DNA of 64,000 nucleotides from an uncultured Burkholderiales bacterium (GTDB lineage Bacteria; Vulcanimicrobiota; Xenobia; Xenobiales; QWHO01), in contig CAYYHB010000002.1 in NCBI GenBank assembly GCA_964471395.1, positions 15,313 to 79,312 on the forward strand, in the 5' to 3' direction. Below are positions 38,498 through 48,271 of the stretch, piece after piece; the stretch's first letter is position 1, and each line of letters starts with the position of its first letter. The notes under the pieces were generated by a model. It did no database searches and was not told the origin of the DNA. It saw only the letters and a program-made list of their open reading frames with translations. Position numbers and translations under genes: made by a program.

Positions 38498-38850
38498 ACG
38501 CCCTGTTTCGCACCCGGCCGGGTCAGCCCTGTCAGGGAAACCCCCGGAAAATGAGACAGGCCGGCGTCATGGCCGGCCCTGGCGTCACGTTCCCATTCTT
38601 CCCACACTGTCCCGAACAATTCGGTCTTAGCGAAGCTCCTGCGTCCCCTCGGGGACAATACACTTCCGGACTCCACGAGCCCTGATCAATCTAGGAAGAA
38701 GTGAACATCAACCATCTGGATTATAGCAAACATGCGCACTGGAGTCAATCGAACAGAAATTCTGGTATATTCGGAATAATCGAGAATTGCTTCATTGATT
38801 GCGACCCGGGCTGAAACGCGACCAGAAAAGCCGCAGAGCGATTCCAGCAA

Positions 38851-40599
38851 TCAGCCTGCCGCTACAGGCTGATCTTCGAACAGGTCCACGAGTTGGAAAA
38901 TGTCCACGTCCACGAGCCCCATGTCGGTTAACTTTAGTGATGGGATGACCGGCAAGGCCAGGAATGCCAGTGACATAAATGGGTGCTCGGCCGTTCCCCC
39001 TAACTTCTTGGCGGCTGCATACATCGCCTCGAGCTGCGTTTTTACTTCACCCAGGGGACGGTCGGACATCAGTCCGGCGATGGGCAGTGGCAGGCTGGCC
39101 AGGACCTCGCCGTCACCGACGGCCGCCAGGCCCCCCCCGATGCGCTGAACTTCCTCCGCTGCCAGCTTCATGTCAGCATCGTTGGCGCCTACCACCACCA
39201 GATTGTGCGAGTCGTGGGCCACGGTCGAGGCCAGCGCCCCCCGCTTGAGCCCGAAGCCTCGCGCCAGCCCCAGTCCGATTTGGCCGCTGGCTTTGTGTCG
39301 CTCGACCACGGCCAGCTTGAGGATATCACGCTTGGGATCAGCCACCACCTGTCCATCCTCCTGGCGCACCTCCTCGACTGCCTGTCGCGTGACGATCTGG
39401 CGGGGAACCAGCTCGATCACCCGGGCCCGAGCTCCCCGGGCCGGGATCTTGAAGGAGTCGTCGGCGAGCGGGGCCATTCGCATAGTGCCCACGACCTGGC
39501 TGTCGTCGACCCGGGTGGCCTCAAATAGCGCCTCGCCGTCCTTGGCCACGAGCTTGCCTGCTTTGTAGACGCGGGAGGGCTTCATGGAGAAGAGGTCCTC
39601 CAATACCACAATGTCGGCCAGGTAGCCGGGCGCCACCGCTCCCCGGCGCCTCAAACCGAAATAGTTGGCCACATTGATGGTGGCCAGCCGAATGGAGGTG
39701 ATGGGGTCGAAGCCCCGCCCGGCCGCTCGACGGATGAGATAGTTGATGTGGCCCTGCTCGACGAGATCGATGGGCTCGCGGTCGTCCGTGCAGAGCATCA
39801 GCCGGCTGAGTCGGTCGGGATTGATCAGAGCGCTCAGGGCATCGAGGTTGCGGGCTACGCTGCCTTCGCGAATCATGATGTAAAGGCCCGCCCGCAGCTT
39901 CTCGAGTGCCTCGTCATAAGTCGTGCATTCATGGTCAGAGCCGATGCCGGCCACCACGTAGGCCGACAGGTTTTTTCCGCTCAATCCGGGGCAATGGCCG
40001 TCGATGGGCCGCTCCCCGGCGGCCAGAATCTTCTTGAGCACTTCTGGGTCAGCCAGAAAGACCCCGGGGAAGTTCATGACCTCGGCCAGCCCGCAGACGC
40101 CCGGACGCTCGAATCGAGTAGCCAGATCCTCGGCCGAGAGATTGGCTCCGGAATGCTCGAGGTTGGTGGCGGGAACGCAAGAGCTCAGGTTGACGTAAAT
40201 GTCCAGGGGGATCTTGCCGTTGAAGCCGAGGATGTAATCGATGCCAGCCAGTCCACACACATTGGCGATCTCGTGGGGGTCGGCGAACACCCCGGTGGTG
40301 CCCAGCGGCACGACGGCTCGTGCGAACTCGGCCGGGCTCACCATGCTCGACTCGAGGTGCATGTGAGCGTCCAGGAACCCGGGGGCGACATAGCTCCCCT
40401 GCAAATCCTCGGTCTGGTGAGCGGGATAGTCGCCCAGGCCGACCACGAAGCCTTGATGAACCGCAACTGAGCAGCTCTGGACCTCGCCGGTGAACACATT
40501 CACCACCCGGGCGTTGGTCAACAGAAGGTCCACGGTGGTATCGCCTCGGGCGGCCGTTATGAGGGTGGTGAGTTGGTCGAGCGGAAGGCTTCTGTTCAT
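38851..40599 (-). CDS. ade: adenine deaminase
   Basis: DAHMHLESSM, amidohydrolase HxH/His/Asp pattern and ~580-aa length typical of Ade; start at MNRSLPLDQ (ATG 40599); upstream part of track ORF overlaps neighbouring gene. Confidence 0.8.
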   Translation of the reverse strand: MNRSLPLDQLTTLITAARGDTTVDLLLTNARVVNVFTGEVQSCSVAVHQGFVVGLGDYPAHQTEDLQGSYVAPGFLDAHMHLESSMVSPAEFARAVVPLGTTGVFADPHEIANVCGLAGIDYILGFNGKIPLDIYVNLSSCVPATNLEHSGANLSAEDLATRFERPGVCGLAEVMNFPGVFLADPEVLKKILAAGERPIDGHCPGLSGKNLSAYVVAGIGSDHECTTYDEALEKLRAGLYIMIREGSVARNLDALSALINPDRLSRLMLCTDDREPIDLVEQGHINYLIRRAAGRGFDPITSIRLATINVANYFGLRRRGAVAPGYLADIVVLEDLFSMKPSRVYKAGKLVAKDGEALFEATRVDDSQVVGTMRMAPLADDSFKIPARGARARVIELVPRQIVTRQAVEEVRQEDGQVVADPKRDILKLAVVERHKASGQIGLGLARGFGLKRGALASTVAHDSHNLVVVGANDADMKLAAEEVQRIGGGLAAVGDGEVLASLPLPIAGLMSDRPLGEVKTQLEAMYAAAKKLGGTAEHPFMSLAFLALPVIPSLKLTDMGLVDVDIFQLVDLFEDQPVAAG

Positions 40600-40681
40600 G
40601 AGGTTCCTCTGTGTCAGGCTCGCTGCGCAGCTTCGCTTGCCGGGTTCTGCGCGCTTGGCTTGCCAGATTTCTCGCCGGCCG

Positions 40682-42448
40682 TCACAGACCCTGCATAATA
40701 GCCTCCAGTGGCGCTGTCGGCTCGCCCAGGGCTCGCGCCTCCTGGATGGCACGTTCCAAGACCTGGCGAGCCCGGGCTGCCTTGCCCAGGTTCTTGAGGG
40801 CCAGGCCCAGATTGTAGGCGGCGGTGAGGTCGCAGGGATACTGGGCCACCTCACGCTCGAGCAACGGGATGGCTCGCGAATCCCCCGTTTGCAGCCAGAG
40901 CAAGGCCAGGGAATTGACGGCGTCTGGGTAGTCGGGGCAGTGCTCCAGGGCTTTCTCGAGCAGTCGCACCTTCCGGGTTGGGTCGCTCTCTTCGAAGTGA
41001 GCAAGGAAGAGGGGGAGGGCCAGTTCGAGGCCCGTAGCAGTTGGCTTGATGCGGTAGACCAGAACTAAAGGAGAGCGATGCACGCACTCGACCAGGCTGC
41101 TGTGATCGGCCCAGCACTCGACGTGGGGGGGAATGTCGTCATGTTTTCGTCCGAAGATGGTTGCCACACCGTCATCGGGCTCGAGCACCATCAGGTCCGC
41201 CCGGGGAACCACAGCGGCGTAAAGATAGCTGCTCCAGGAGGGGGTCGAGCCCGCCTGAGCCACCCTACGACCGGTGTAATACTCCAGGCAGCAGGTCATC
41301 ATGGCTGAGATCAGCGTGTCCGGAGGAGTGTGGTCGCGGATCCAGCCGTAAGCTTGGCGACGAGCCTGCCATTGCTGCTCGGTCAGATGCCCCAATCGCA
41401 CCAGCTCAAGATCACGTGGCACAGCCAGCGCCAGCAGACTGGCCAGCGCGACCGCGGCAGCGCGTCGCGGCACGTTCTGGAGAGCAAAAAAGAGCACCAG
41501 CGGCCAGCCTGGCAACCAGTAACGGCCGTAAAGGAAGGGCCACAGGTTGTGAAAGGCCAGATAACCCAGAAAACCGAGAGTGACGGGCTCGCGGCGGGTA
41601 CGCCAGAGGGTCGGGAGGGCGCCCACAAGGACCAGGATGGCCAGCCAGGTTCCCGGTTGCCTCAGGCCGATGAATTCGCTCCCCAGAAAAATCGGAAGTT
41701 GAGCCCAGAAAGTGAAAAACTGGTCCACCACCGTGGTCTTCTTGAAAAAGTTGACCGCCTGATTGGTGTAGTTTCCCGAACCGGTTGAGAGGAGGATGGA
41801 GAAGATTGTGTAGGGTGCGGCCGCCAGACTGCCCAACAGGAAGAGTCCGATGGCCTTCCAGCGGCGCTGCAGGGCCAGGGCAAGAGTGAAGGCCGGGACC
41901 AGCATCACGCCGGGCAGGCGTACCAGGTACAGAAAGCTGACGAATAAGCCGAGCCAATGCCAGCGGCTGTCGCGCCCAATCTCGAACTCATGCCGTCCCC
42001 AGACCATTGCCGCCAGGAACAGGCAACTGAAAGGGATATCGGACATCACGCTGGTGCCGAAGGTTAGCCCGGCCGGGGTGAGGACGTAGGTCAGGCCCAG
42101 GAGCGTGCTGGCGACCGCGCCCAGGCGGGGGAAAGCCAGCACCACCACGAGAGTGGCTCCGATCAAGGTCAAGAGCAGACAGAAGGCCTGTAAAGCGACC
42201 GGCGAGCCTCCGCCCAGAAGATAAGCCGGGATGAGCATGATCGAGAAGCCCGGAAAATAATGGGCTGAGCCCCCATCTTGCTCGCGTGTGGTCAGCAGGC
42301 GACCGCTCTCGAGCAGGCGCTCGGTGCCGATTAAGTAGCAGGCGTCATCGTTGAACCCACCAAACTGATGGTAGGGCATCGCGGCCACCAGCGCCAGAGT
42401 CATGAGCCCCAGCATAACCCCCCAGATGGCCCAGAAACGACGTGTCAT
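40682..42448 (-). CDS. membrane glycosyltransferase family 39 (PMT/ArnT-like) with C-terminal TPR domain
   Basis: Multi-TM N-terminal region typical of GT39/GT83 (…DDACYL…) and C-terminal TPR repeats. Confidence 0.65.
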   Translation of the reverse strand: MTRRFWAIWGVMLGLMTLALVAAMPYHQFGGFNDDACYLIGTERLLESGRLLTTREQDGGSAHYFPGFSIMLIPAYLLGGGSPVALQAFCLLLTLIGATLVVVLAFPRLGAVASTLLGLTYVLTPAGLTFGTSVMSDIPFSCLFLAAMVWGRHEFEIGRDSRWHWLGLFVSFLYLVRLPGVMLVPAFTLALALQRRWKAIGLFLLGSLAAAPYTIFSILLSTGSGNYTNQAVNFFKKTTVVDQFFTFWAQLPIFLGSEFIGLRQPGTWLAILVLVGALPTLWRTRREPVTLGFLGYLAFHNLWPFLYGRYWLPGWPLVLFFALQNVPRRAAAVALASLLALAVPRDLELVRLGHLTEQQWQARRQAYGWIRDHTPPDTLISAMMTCCLEYYTGRRVAQAGSTPSWSSYLYAAVVPRADLMVLEPDDGVATIFGRKHDDIPPHVECWADHSSLVECVHRSPLVLVYRIKPTATGLELALPLFLAHFEESDPTRKVRLLEKALEHCPDYPDAVNSLALLWLQTGDSRAIPLLEREVAQYPCDLTAAYNLGLALKNLGKAARARQVLERAIQEARALGEPTAPLEAIMQGL

Positions 42449-42504
42449 CGAGGCGCGCTTCGACGATAAGAGGAGCGAGCCTGCGCCAGGAGGAAACGGC
42501 CTTC

Positions 42505-42939
42505 ATGCTGTTTACCACACCAGCCCAAGAGGCTTGTTTTGCCAAAGTCACCCCCTGGATCAGTGAGCTGTTCGGAGAGGCGGCCGTCCGTCGCACCGGC
42601 GAGCCGGTCTTCGATGTTCGGGTTGGCTCAGCCGTGACGGAAGTAGGGGTGTTTCCCTGGAAGGAGGATGAATCGGTCGTCTGTGCGAGGGCTCGGGTCA
42701 TCCACGGGGTGGATTTGAGCCCGGAGTTGCTGCAGTACCTGCTTCGCCAGAACACTGTTATCCGGTTCGGGGCCTTCGGCATCGAGTCAGACAACGAGAT
42801 CTTCTTTTTGCACTCCATCGTGGGCTCAACTTGCGACAAACCCGAGTTGGAGGCCACCGTCCGCTCGGTCTCGAGTCTGGCTGATCGTTACGATGACGAG
42901 ATACGCAATCGCTGGGGTGGTCGGCGCGCGGCCGACTGA
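42505..42939 (+). CDS. YbjN-like (putative sensory transduction regulator/T3SS-chaperone-like fold) protein
   Basis: AGGAGGA SD 10 nt before ATG 42505; alpha/beta ~144 aa; motif-level resemblance only. Confidence 0.45.
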   Translation: MLFTTPAQEACFAKVTPWISELFGEAAVRRTGEPVFDVRVGSAVTEVGVFPWKEDESVVCARARVIHGVDLSPELLQYLLRQNTVIRFGAFGIESDNEIFFLHSIVGSTCDKPELEATVRSVSSLADRYDDEIRNRWGGRRAAD

Positions 42940-42942
42940 AGC

Positions 42943-44103
42943 TCAGCCTGCAGTCGAGAGGCGCCGGGTGAAAGTTGAGCCATTGGCCGATGGCGCAGGC
43001 TGGCCGTTGCTTGCAGGAATGCACTCCCGCTCGAGAAGCTTGAGCATGCGGTGGGCCGAGCGTTCCCAGTCGAACTGGGCGGCTTGAGCTGGGCCGAGCT
43101 CGCGGAGCGTCTCAGCCTGGCTCAATCCCTCCAAAATCCCCTGAGCCATCTCAACCGGCTCCTCAGCGTTAAACCAGCGCACCGCGGTTCCACCGATCTC
43201 AGTCAGGGCACTGTTACGAGCCGCGCAGCAAGGGGCCGCGCAGGCCATGGCTTCGAGCAGCGGCAAACCGAAGCTCTCGTGTAGCGAGGGCATCACAAAG
43301 AGGTCACAGTATTGATAGAGCCGCACCAGTCGCTCGGGCTCAACTTCCTCCAGAAACACGACTCGATTGCCCAGGGCCCGAACTCGCTCCATCACCGGAC
43401 AGGCCCGCCCTATCAGGCGCTGAGTAAGGCTCAACCGAGGACGTCGGCAAACGAGCACCAGGCGGTGAGGAATCTGGCCAGAGAGCCAGGTGAAGGCATC
43501 CAGGAGCCCGCAAAGGTTCTTGCGAGGCTCGGTGGAGCCGACGAACAGGAGATAAGGAATGCCACCCGAGCATTCTTCCAGGAACTCGCTACGTAGCCGC
43601 GGGTCGTGACCCGGAGGAGCGAAGATCGGGTCGACTCCCGGTGTGAGCACCTCGGCTTTTCCCAGGGGAAGCTCCAGGGCGCTCACCAGCTCACGTCGGG
43701 AGAACTCCGAGGGCACCACGATACGATTGGCCACTCGTGCTGCCAGGCACAATCGCTCCCGCTCGGCATCCGGTTTGGCGGAAGCCTGGGGACCCAGGCT
43801 GGCCGTATCGTGGATCCAGACCACCCGGGGACATTCAGGGTCCCAGTCGACCCGAGCGAAAGGGAAGAGCGCTACGTCAAAGCGGGATCCGGCCCCGGAC
43901 CAGGTGCACTCGAAATCCCAGCCCAGCTCATCTTGCAGGGGGGCAAGTTGGTGGCGTTCGCGGGCCACCAGTACGACCCGATGCGACAGCACTCCGCTCT
44001 TTTGTTTCCAGACCTCGAGCAAACTGCGCGTGAGCCGTCCCGCCCCTCGACGGACCCGCGGTAGCTGCGTTGCGTCCACCGCAATGGTCAAAGACCGCGA
44101 CAT
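42943..44103 (-). CDS. glycosyltransferase family 4 (GT1 fold)
   Basis: C-terminal GT4 signature ...FVMPSLHESFGLPLLEAMACAAPCCAARNSALTEIGG (E-x7-E). Confidence 0.75.
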   Translation of the reverse strand: MSRSLTIAVDATQLPRVRRGAGRLTRSLLEVWKQKSGVLSHRVVLVARERHQLAPLQDELGWDFECTWSGAGSRFDVALFPFARVDWDPECPRVVWIHDTASLGPQASAKPDAERERLCLAARVANRIVVPSEFSRRELVSALELPLGKAEVLTPGVDPIFAPPGHDPRLRSEFLEECSGGIPYLLFVGSTEPRKNLCGLLDAFTWLSGQIPHRLVLVCRRPRLSLTQRLIGRACPVMERVRALGNRVVFLEEVEPERLVRLYQYCDLFVMPSLHESFGLPLLEAMACAAPCCAARNSALTEIGGTAVRWFNAEEPVEMAQGILEGLSQAETLRELGPAQAAQFDWERSAHRMLKLLERECIPASNGQPAPSANGSTFTRRLSTAG

Positions 44104-44198
44104 AAGCTCCTGACGTTCTGCTCGGGCGGACGAATTCCTGTTTGGGGAGGACCGGCCTGCCCGGCCGGGAAGCAGTTTCCGTGCGACGTTCCAGCTTA

Positions 44199-44304
44199 AG
44201 GCGCCGCGCCTTGAACGTTTCAGGAATTGGCGCGGCGCCGTTCAACAGATTGTCTACACTCCCGCGCGTTCTAATTCTGAACAGGTCAACGCGCGGGAGT
44301 GTAG
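44199..44304 (+). repeat. copy D of double-hairpin intergenic repeat family (best-preserved; perfect 15-bp stem ACACTCCCGCGCGTT/AACGCGCGGGAGTGT)
   Basis: Two modules: GGCGCCGCGCCTTGAACG...CGCGGCGCCGTTCAA and TACACTCCCGCGCGTTCTAATTCTGAACAGGTCAACGCGCGGGAGTGTAG. Confidence 0.75.
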
Positions 44305-44363
44305 GGGCCCTCTGCCTGGTTGCCTGCCTGACGCTGGTAGCCCTGGCTGTCCCGCCCATCGCC

Positions 44364-45779
44364 GTGCGGCCGGCGCGACTCGTGGTGCCCCTGGGTGAGT
44401 CGCGTAGCGCTGCCTGGCAGGGCCCGAGTCGGCCCGAGGTGGCCGTCTCTGACCCCGAGGTGGCCGAGGCCCGTCTGGAGGGAAACCGGGTGGTAGTGCG
44501 CGGACTCGCCGAGGGCGATGCTCTGATCAGCCTGAGCTTTGGCGCCCGTGAGGTCGGGTTGCCGGTCCAGGTGCGCACTCCAGCCGCCCGCCTGCCTGCC
44601 CGTTTGTCGGTCAGCCTGACGGGAGCGACCGTTTCCAACAGTGTGCTCTCGCAGGCTCTGCGTGTGGCCCTGGATGCCCAGAGCGGCCTCGACCCCCGGG
44701 CTAAACTCAACCTGCAGCCAAGCCGCGCGAATGGCGAGCTGCTGGTGGACGTAAGCGCCAGCGGGCCCGGGCTGCTGCCGGTCAGCCGCACCGTGGGGGT
44801 GGATATTTCCCTGCAACAGGTACCCTTCACCCCGGCGCGCACTCTGGTCGTCAGCAATCGCCCCGAGCTGGTGCTGGCTCCAGGAATACTGCTGGATCGC
44901 CCCCTACCAGCCGGGCCGAGCCGTCTGCTCTATCACCACAGAGGCAGTCCCGACGCTCCTCATCAAGAGCTCGAGGTCTTGCTCAAGAACGTGAATGCGA
45001 CGCCAGCCAGGGTTCGAGTGGCTGTGGCCAGCGTCGGCCCGAGCACCGACGAGATTTTCGCTGGCCACCGGGCGGCCCAGCTGCTGCTCGATCAGCAAGA
45101 GAAGGGAGAGAGCTTCTTCGTCCGCGTGGGTCCGGGGCAGGAGGTGGTGCTCGACCGCAAGCTACTCAAGTCGGGCCACACCATCAGTGGCATGGGTTGG
45201 CTCGAGCCTCTGGACGGATCACAACTGCGGCTGCTGGTTCGGGCCAGCGAGCAGGGGAGGGGCAGAATACCCAACGAGGAGGCGCCCGATACCGGCGGCC
45301 GGACGGGACGAGGCCTCTTCCCCCCGGCCATGGACGTGGCCCACGCCCACAACCTGGGCGGGCCTTTCACCTACATGCCTTTAGGGGAGGCTCCTTTTGA
45401 AGTGGAGCCGGTGACGGGCGAAACCAATTACGGACATTTTGGCATGGTCTACCGGGTACGGGTACTCTTGATCAACACCGACGTCGTTTCCCGCAAGGCC
45501 TGGATCGACTTCGTGCCTCGAGCTGGACCGGCGCGCGGCAGCCTTTTCGTGGATGGCCAGCGAGTGGAAACCGACATGGGCAACTCGGCCAGTGAGATTA
45601 AGGTGGGGGAGTGGGAGCTTGAGCCTGGCGAGCAGCGCGAAGTGCGCATCGAGACTTTCCCCCAGTCGGGATCCAACTACCCCGTTTTTCTGGTGGTCAA
45701 GTCGAGCTACGCCAACGGGGTCATACCGGCCCCGGCCAGGCCTGAGGTGGTGCCAGGCGAGTCGCGGTTCATGTTCTGA
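44364..45779 (+). CDS. hypothetical protein (472-545 aa; start uncertain, GTG 44364 vs ATG 44142 reading through repeat D)
   Basis: Long ORF with GC3 bias; no motif recognised. Confidence 0.45.
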   Translation: MRPARLVVPLGESRSAAWQGPSRPEVAVSDPEVAEARLEGNRVVVRGLAEGDALISLSFGAREVGLPVQVRTPAARLPARLSVSLTGATVSNSVLSQALRVALDAQSGLDPRAKLNLQPSRANGELLVDVSASGPGLLPVSRTVGVDISLQQVPFTPARTLVVSNRPELVLAPGILLDRPLPAGPSRLLYHHRGSPDAPHQELEVLLKNVNATPARVRVAVASVGPSTDEIFAGHRAAQLLLDQQEKGESFFVRVGPGQEVVLDRKLLKSGHTISGMGWLEPLDGSQLRLLVRASEQGRGRIPNEEAPDTGGRTGRGLFPPAMDVAHAHNLGGPFTYMPLGEAPFEVEPVTGETNYGHFGMVYRVRVLLINTDVVSRKAWIDFVPRAGPARGSLFVDGQRVETDMGNSASEIKVGEWELEPGEQREVRIETFPQSGSNYPVFLVVKSSYANGVIPAPARPEVVPGESRFMF

Positions 45780-45791
45780 GGTATTAATTAC

Positions 45792-46994
45792 TCAGTGAAT
45801 GGCCTTGTCGGTCGGGGGCTGGACAGCCAGAATCTCTTTGGTAAGCTGGTGTTGGTAGCGCCCAAGAAGCTCGTTGACCCGATCATAGTCTTTGCCTGCT
45901 ACCACCAGTCCGGCGTGATGGTCTTCAGCATGGCGCCAGACGACCTCGGGAGCATTGAATCGCGATAGATCGGGTTTCTCGGCTCGTGACAGGCAGATCA
46001 AGAGCCCTGCGTGGAGATTCTTGGGTTTGGGGAGCTCGTAGGACCCCTTGACGCAATAGGCATACTCCAGGCGGGCCCACTCGCGCCAGAGGTTGAACCC
46101 CGAGGCCTCCTCCACCAGCCGGTCGATGTTGGCGCCGCCCACCCGGGCTGCCAGCTCGAGGAAATAGAGCTGGCCGTCGTGGCCCTTGATGAACTCGGCG
46201 TGAGTCACCCCCCGCACCAACCGCATGGCCTTGATCAGCTTCTCGTTGAGCTGCAGCAGCTCGCGATTGAGAGAGCTCTTGGGATTCACGGTATGACTGA
46301 GGAACACTCCTCCCTCGTTCCAGATGTTGAAGGGAGGGGTCCCGTAGCGCGAGGCGACCTGAAAGAGCACTTTCTTGTCGTAGACGATCGAGTCGACATG
46401 AAATACGTCGCCTGCCACACAGCGCTCCAGGAGGTGGTAGGATTGCTCGTCGCCGAGCTCGTGCACGCGACGCCACAGCTCTTCCGGACTGTGAATCTTC
46501 TTGATGCCGACCGCCCCGGCCTGACTTCGGGGTTTGAGCATCCAGGGCCCGGGAACCTTGCGGCTGAACTCGTCAATTTGTTTGTGATTGAGCACATGCA
46601 CGAACTCGGGGACGGGAATGCCCTCGTCCCGAGCCTGCACTCTCATGGCCAGCTTATCGCGGAAGAATCGAGCTGTTGTATCCCCCATGCCAGGCGAACG
46701 AAGGTGCTCGCGTAACGAGGCTGCCACTTCCACGTCAAAGTCGTCCAGGGGCACAATGCGGTCGATCTCGCGGGTCCGGGCCAGATAGCTGACGGCCCGG
46801 GTAACGTCGGGCTGCCGGTAGATGTCGTGCATGAAAAAGCGCTCGTCGATCGATTGCCAGGGCCACGGCTTGTCCTTGAGGTGCTCGTTGGTCAAGAGCA
46901 GGGTGTTGCAGCCAAGGGCGCGGCACTCCTCGATGAAGGCGGTGCCTTTGAAGAAGCTCGCCATGCAGAGAAAAGTTACCTTGCGATCGGCCAC
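45792..46994 (-). CDS. ATP-grasp domain protein
   Basis: pre-ATP-grasp KVTFLCMASFFKG, ATP-grasp body (…WMLKPRSQAGAVGIKKI…, …YFLELAARVGG…); GTG start 46994 with GGAGG SD. Confidence 0.65.
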   Translation of the reverse strand: MADRKVTFLCMASFFKGTAFIEECRALGCNTLLLTNEHLKDKPWPWQSIDERFFMHDIYRQPDVTRAVSYLARTREIDRIVPLDDFDVEVAASLREHLRSPGMGDTTARFFRDKLAMRVQARDEGIPVPEFVHVLNHKQIDEFSRKVPGPWMLKPRSQAGAVGIKKIHSPEELWRRVHELGDEQSYHLLERCVAGDVFHVDSIVYDKKVLFQVASRYGTPPFNIWNEGGVFLSHTVNPKSSLNRELLQLNEKLIKAMRLVRGVTHAEFIKGHDGQLYFLELAARVGGANIDRLVEEASGFNLWREWARLEYAYCVKGSYELPKPKNLHAGLLICLSRAEKPDLSRFNAPEVVWRHAEDHHAGLVVAGKDYDRVNELLGRYQHQLTKEILAVQPPTDKAIH

Positions 46995-47092
46995 GAGAAA
47001 CCTCCGACAATGAAAGTGAGGAGCCTGCATTCCCCCTTGGACCCGAACTTGCCTTCCCAGGATCCACCTGCTGGGGCCGGGAAGGGACCTGG

Positions 47093-48271
47093 ATGAATCT
47101 TCAACGCGTGCTGGTAATCGTGATGGACGGCTGCGGGGCCGGAACTGCCCCCGACGCCGAGCTCTTTGGGGATGTGGGGGAGAATGCGGGGGATACCCTG
47201 GTGCACCTGGCTCAGAAAGTAGGCGGGCTACGCATTCCAACCCTGCGCTCGCTTGGTCTGGGGAATTTCCTGGCCCTGCCGGGGGGCCTCCCGGTCGAGC
47301 ACCCGCGGGGCTCCTATGGCCGTTTGACCGAGCGCTCGGTGGGCGGAAAGGATACCGTCACCGGCCATTGGGAGATGATGGGCATCGTGACCGAGAGCCC
47401 CTTTCCCACCTACCCGCAGGGCTTTCCTCCCGAGGTGATCGAGCCGTTCTGCGCCGCTATCGGTTCTCCGGTGCTTGGCAACTGCGCTGCCTCGGGCACC
47501 GAGATCCTCAAACGTTTCGGTCCCGAGCACCAGGCGACCGGTCATCCCATCGTTTACACCAGCGCTGACAGCGTGTTTCAGATCGCTTGTCACGAGGCAG
47601 TCATTCCCATTGAGCGGCTCTACGACTTTTGCCGGGTCGCCCGCGGCCTCTTGACGGGGCAGCACTCGGTACAGCGGGTCATCGCACGACCCTTCGAAGG
47701 AACCTTCGAAGGGGGCTATCGGCGTACCGAGCGCCGCAAGGATTTTCCCCTCTCGCCGCCCGAGAACGTCATCGACCGTCTGGCAGCAGCCGGGGTCAAG
47801 GTTGGGGGTATCGGGGTGATCCCCGAGCTATTCGACGGCCGCGGATTCGCATTTGCTCGCCGCACCCAGTCTAATGAGGATCACTTTCAAGCCACCCTGG
47901 AGGCACTGACCACTGACCTGGGCTTTCTGTTCGTGAATTTCGAGGATTTCGATATGCTCTTCGGGCATCGCAACGACTGCGCTGGCTTTGCTGCCGCGCT
48001 GGAAACCTTCGACGGCTATCTTACCGAGATTCTCAACCGCCTCGGGCCGCATGACCTTCTCATCGTGACCGCCGACCATGGCAACGATCCGACCACACCG
48101 TCCACTGATCACAGTCGCGAATATGCTCCCCTGTTGCTCTTCAGCCCCTCGCTTGCGGGCGGGCGCGACTATGGCATTCGAGAGAGCTTCGCCGACATCG
48201 GGGCGACTCTGGCCGAGGTGTTCGGGGTAGCCCCTCCTCCGGTGGGCAAGAGCCTGCTCGATCAGGGATAA
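47093..48271 (+). CDS. deoB: phosphopentomutase
   Basis: VLVIVMDGCGAGTAPDAELFGDVGENAGDTL and C-terminal TADHGNDPTT metal-binding motifs. Confidence 0.85.
   Translation: MNLQRVLVIVMDGCGAGTAPDAELFGDVGENAGDTLVHLAQKVGGLRIPTLRSLGLGNFLALPGGLPVEHPRGSYGRLTERSVGGKDTVTGHWEMMGIVTESPFPTYPQGFPPEVIEPFCAAIGSPVLGNCAASGTEILKRFGPEHQATGHPIVYTSADSVFQIACHEAVIPIERLYDFCRVARGLLTGQHSVQRVIARPFEGTFEGGYRRTERRKDFPLSPPENVIDRLAAAGVKVGGIGVIPELFDGRGFAFARRTQSNEDHFQATLEALTTDLGFLFVNFEDFDMLFGHRNDCAGFAAALETFDGYLTEILNRLGPHDLLIVTADHGNDPTTPSTDHSREYAPLLLFSPSLAGGRDYGIRESFADIGATLAEVFGVAPPPVGKSLLDQG

Noticed and set aside
38851-41004. 135-aa N-terminal extension on adenine deaminase
   Set aside because: Would overlap the C-terminus of the GT39-TPR gene; the internal ATG 40599 has an SD and matches the Ade family N-terminus
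44142-44364. Upstream start (ATG 44142) for the 44364-45779 gene, producing a type-II signal-anchor through repeat D
   Set aside because: Would place a structured repeat inside the CDS and leave only 38 bp of divergent promoter; kept as an alternative because the hydrophobic stretch right after the repeat is suggestive
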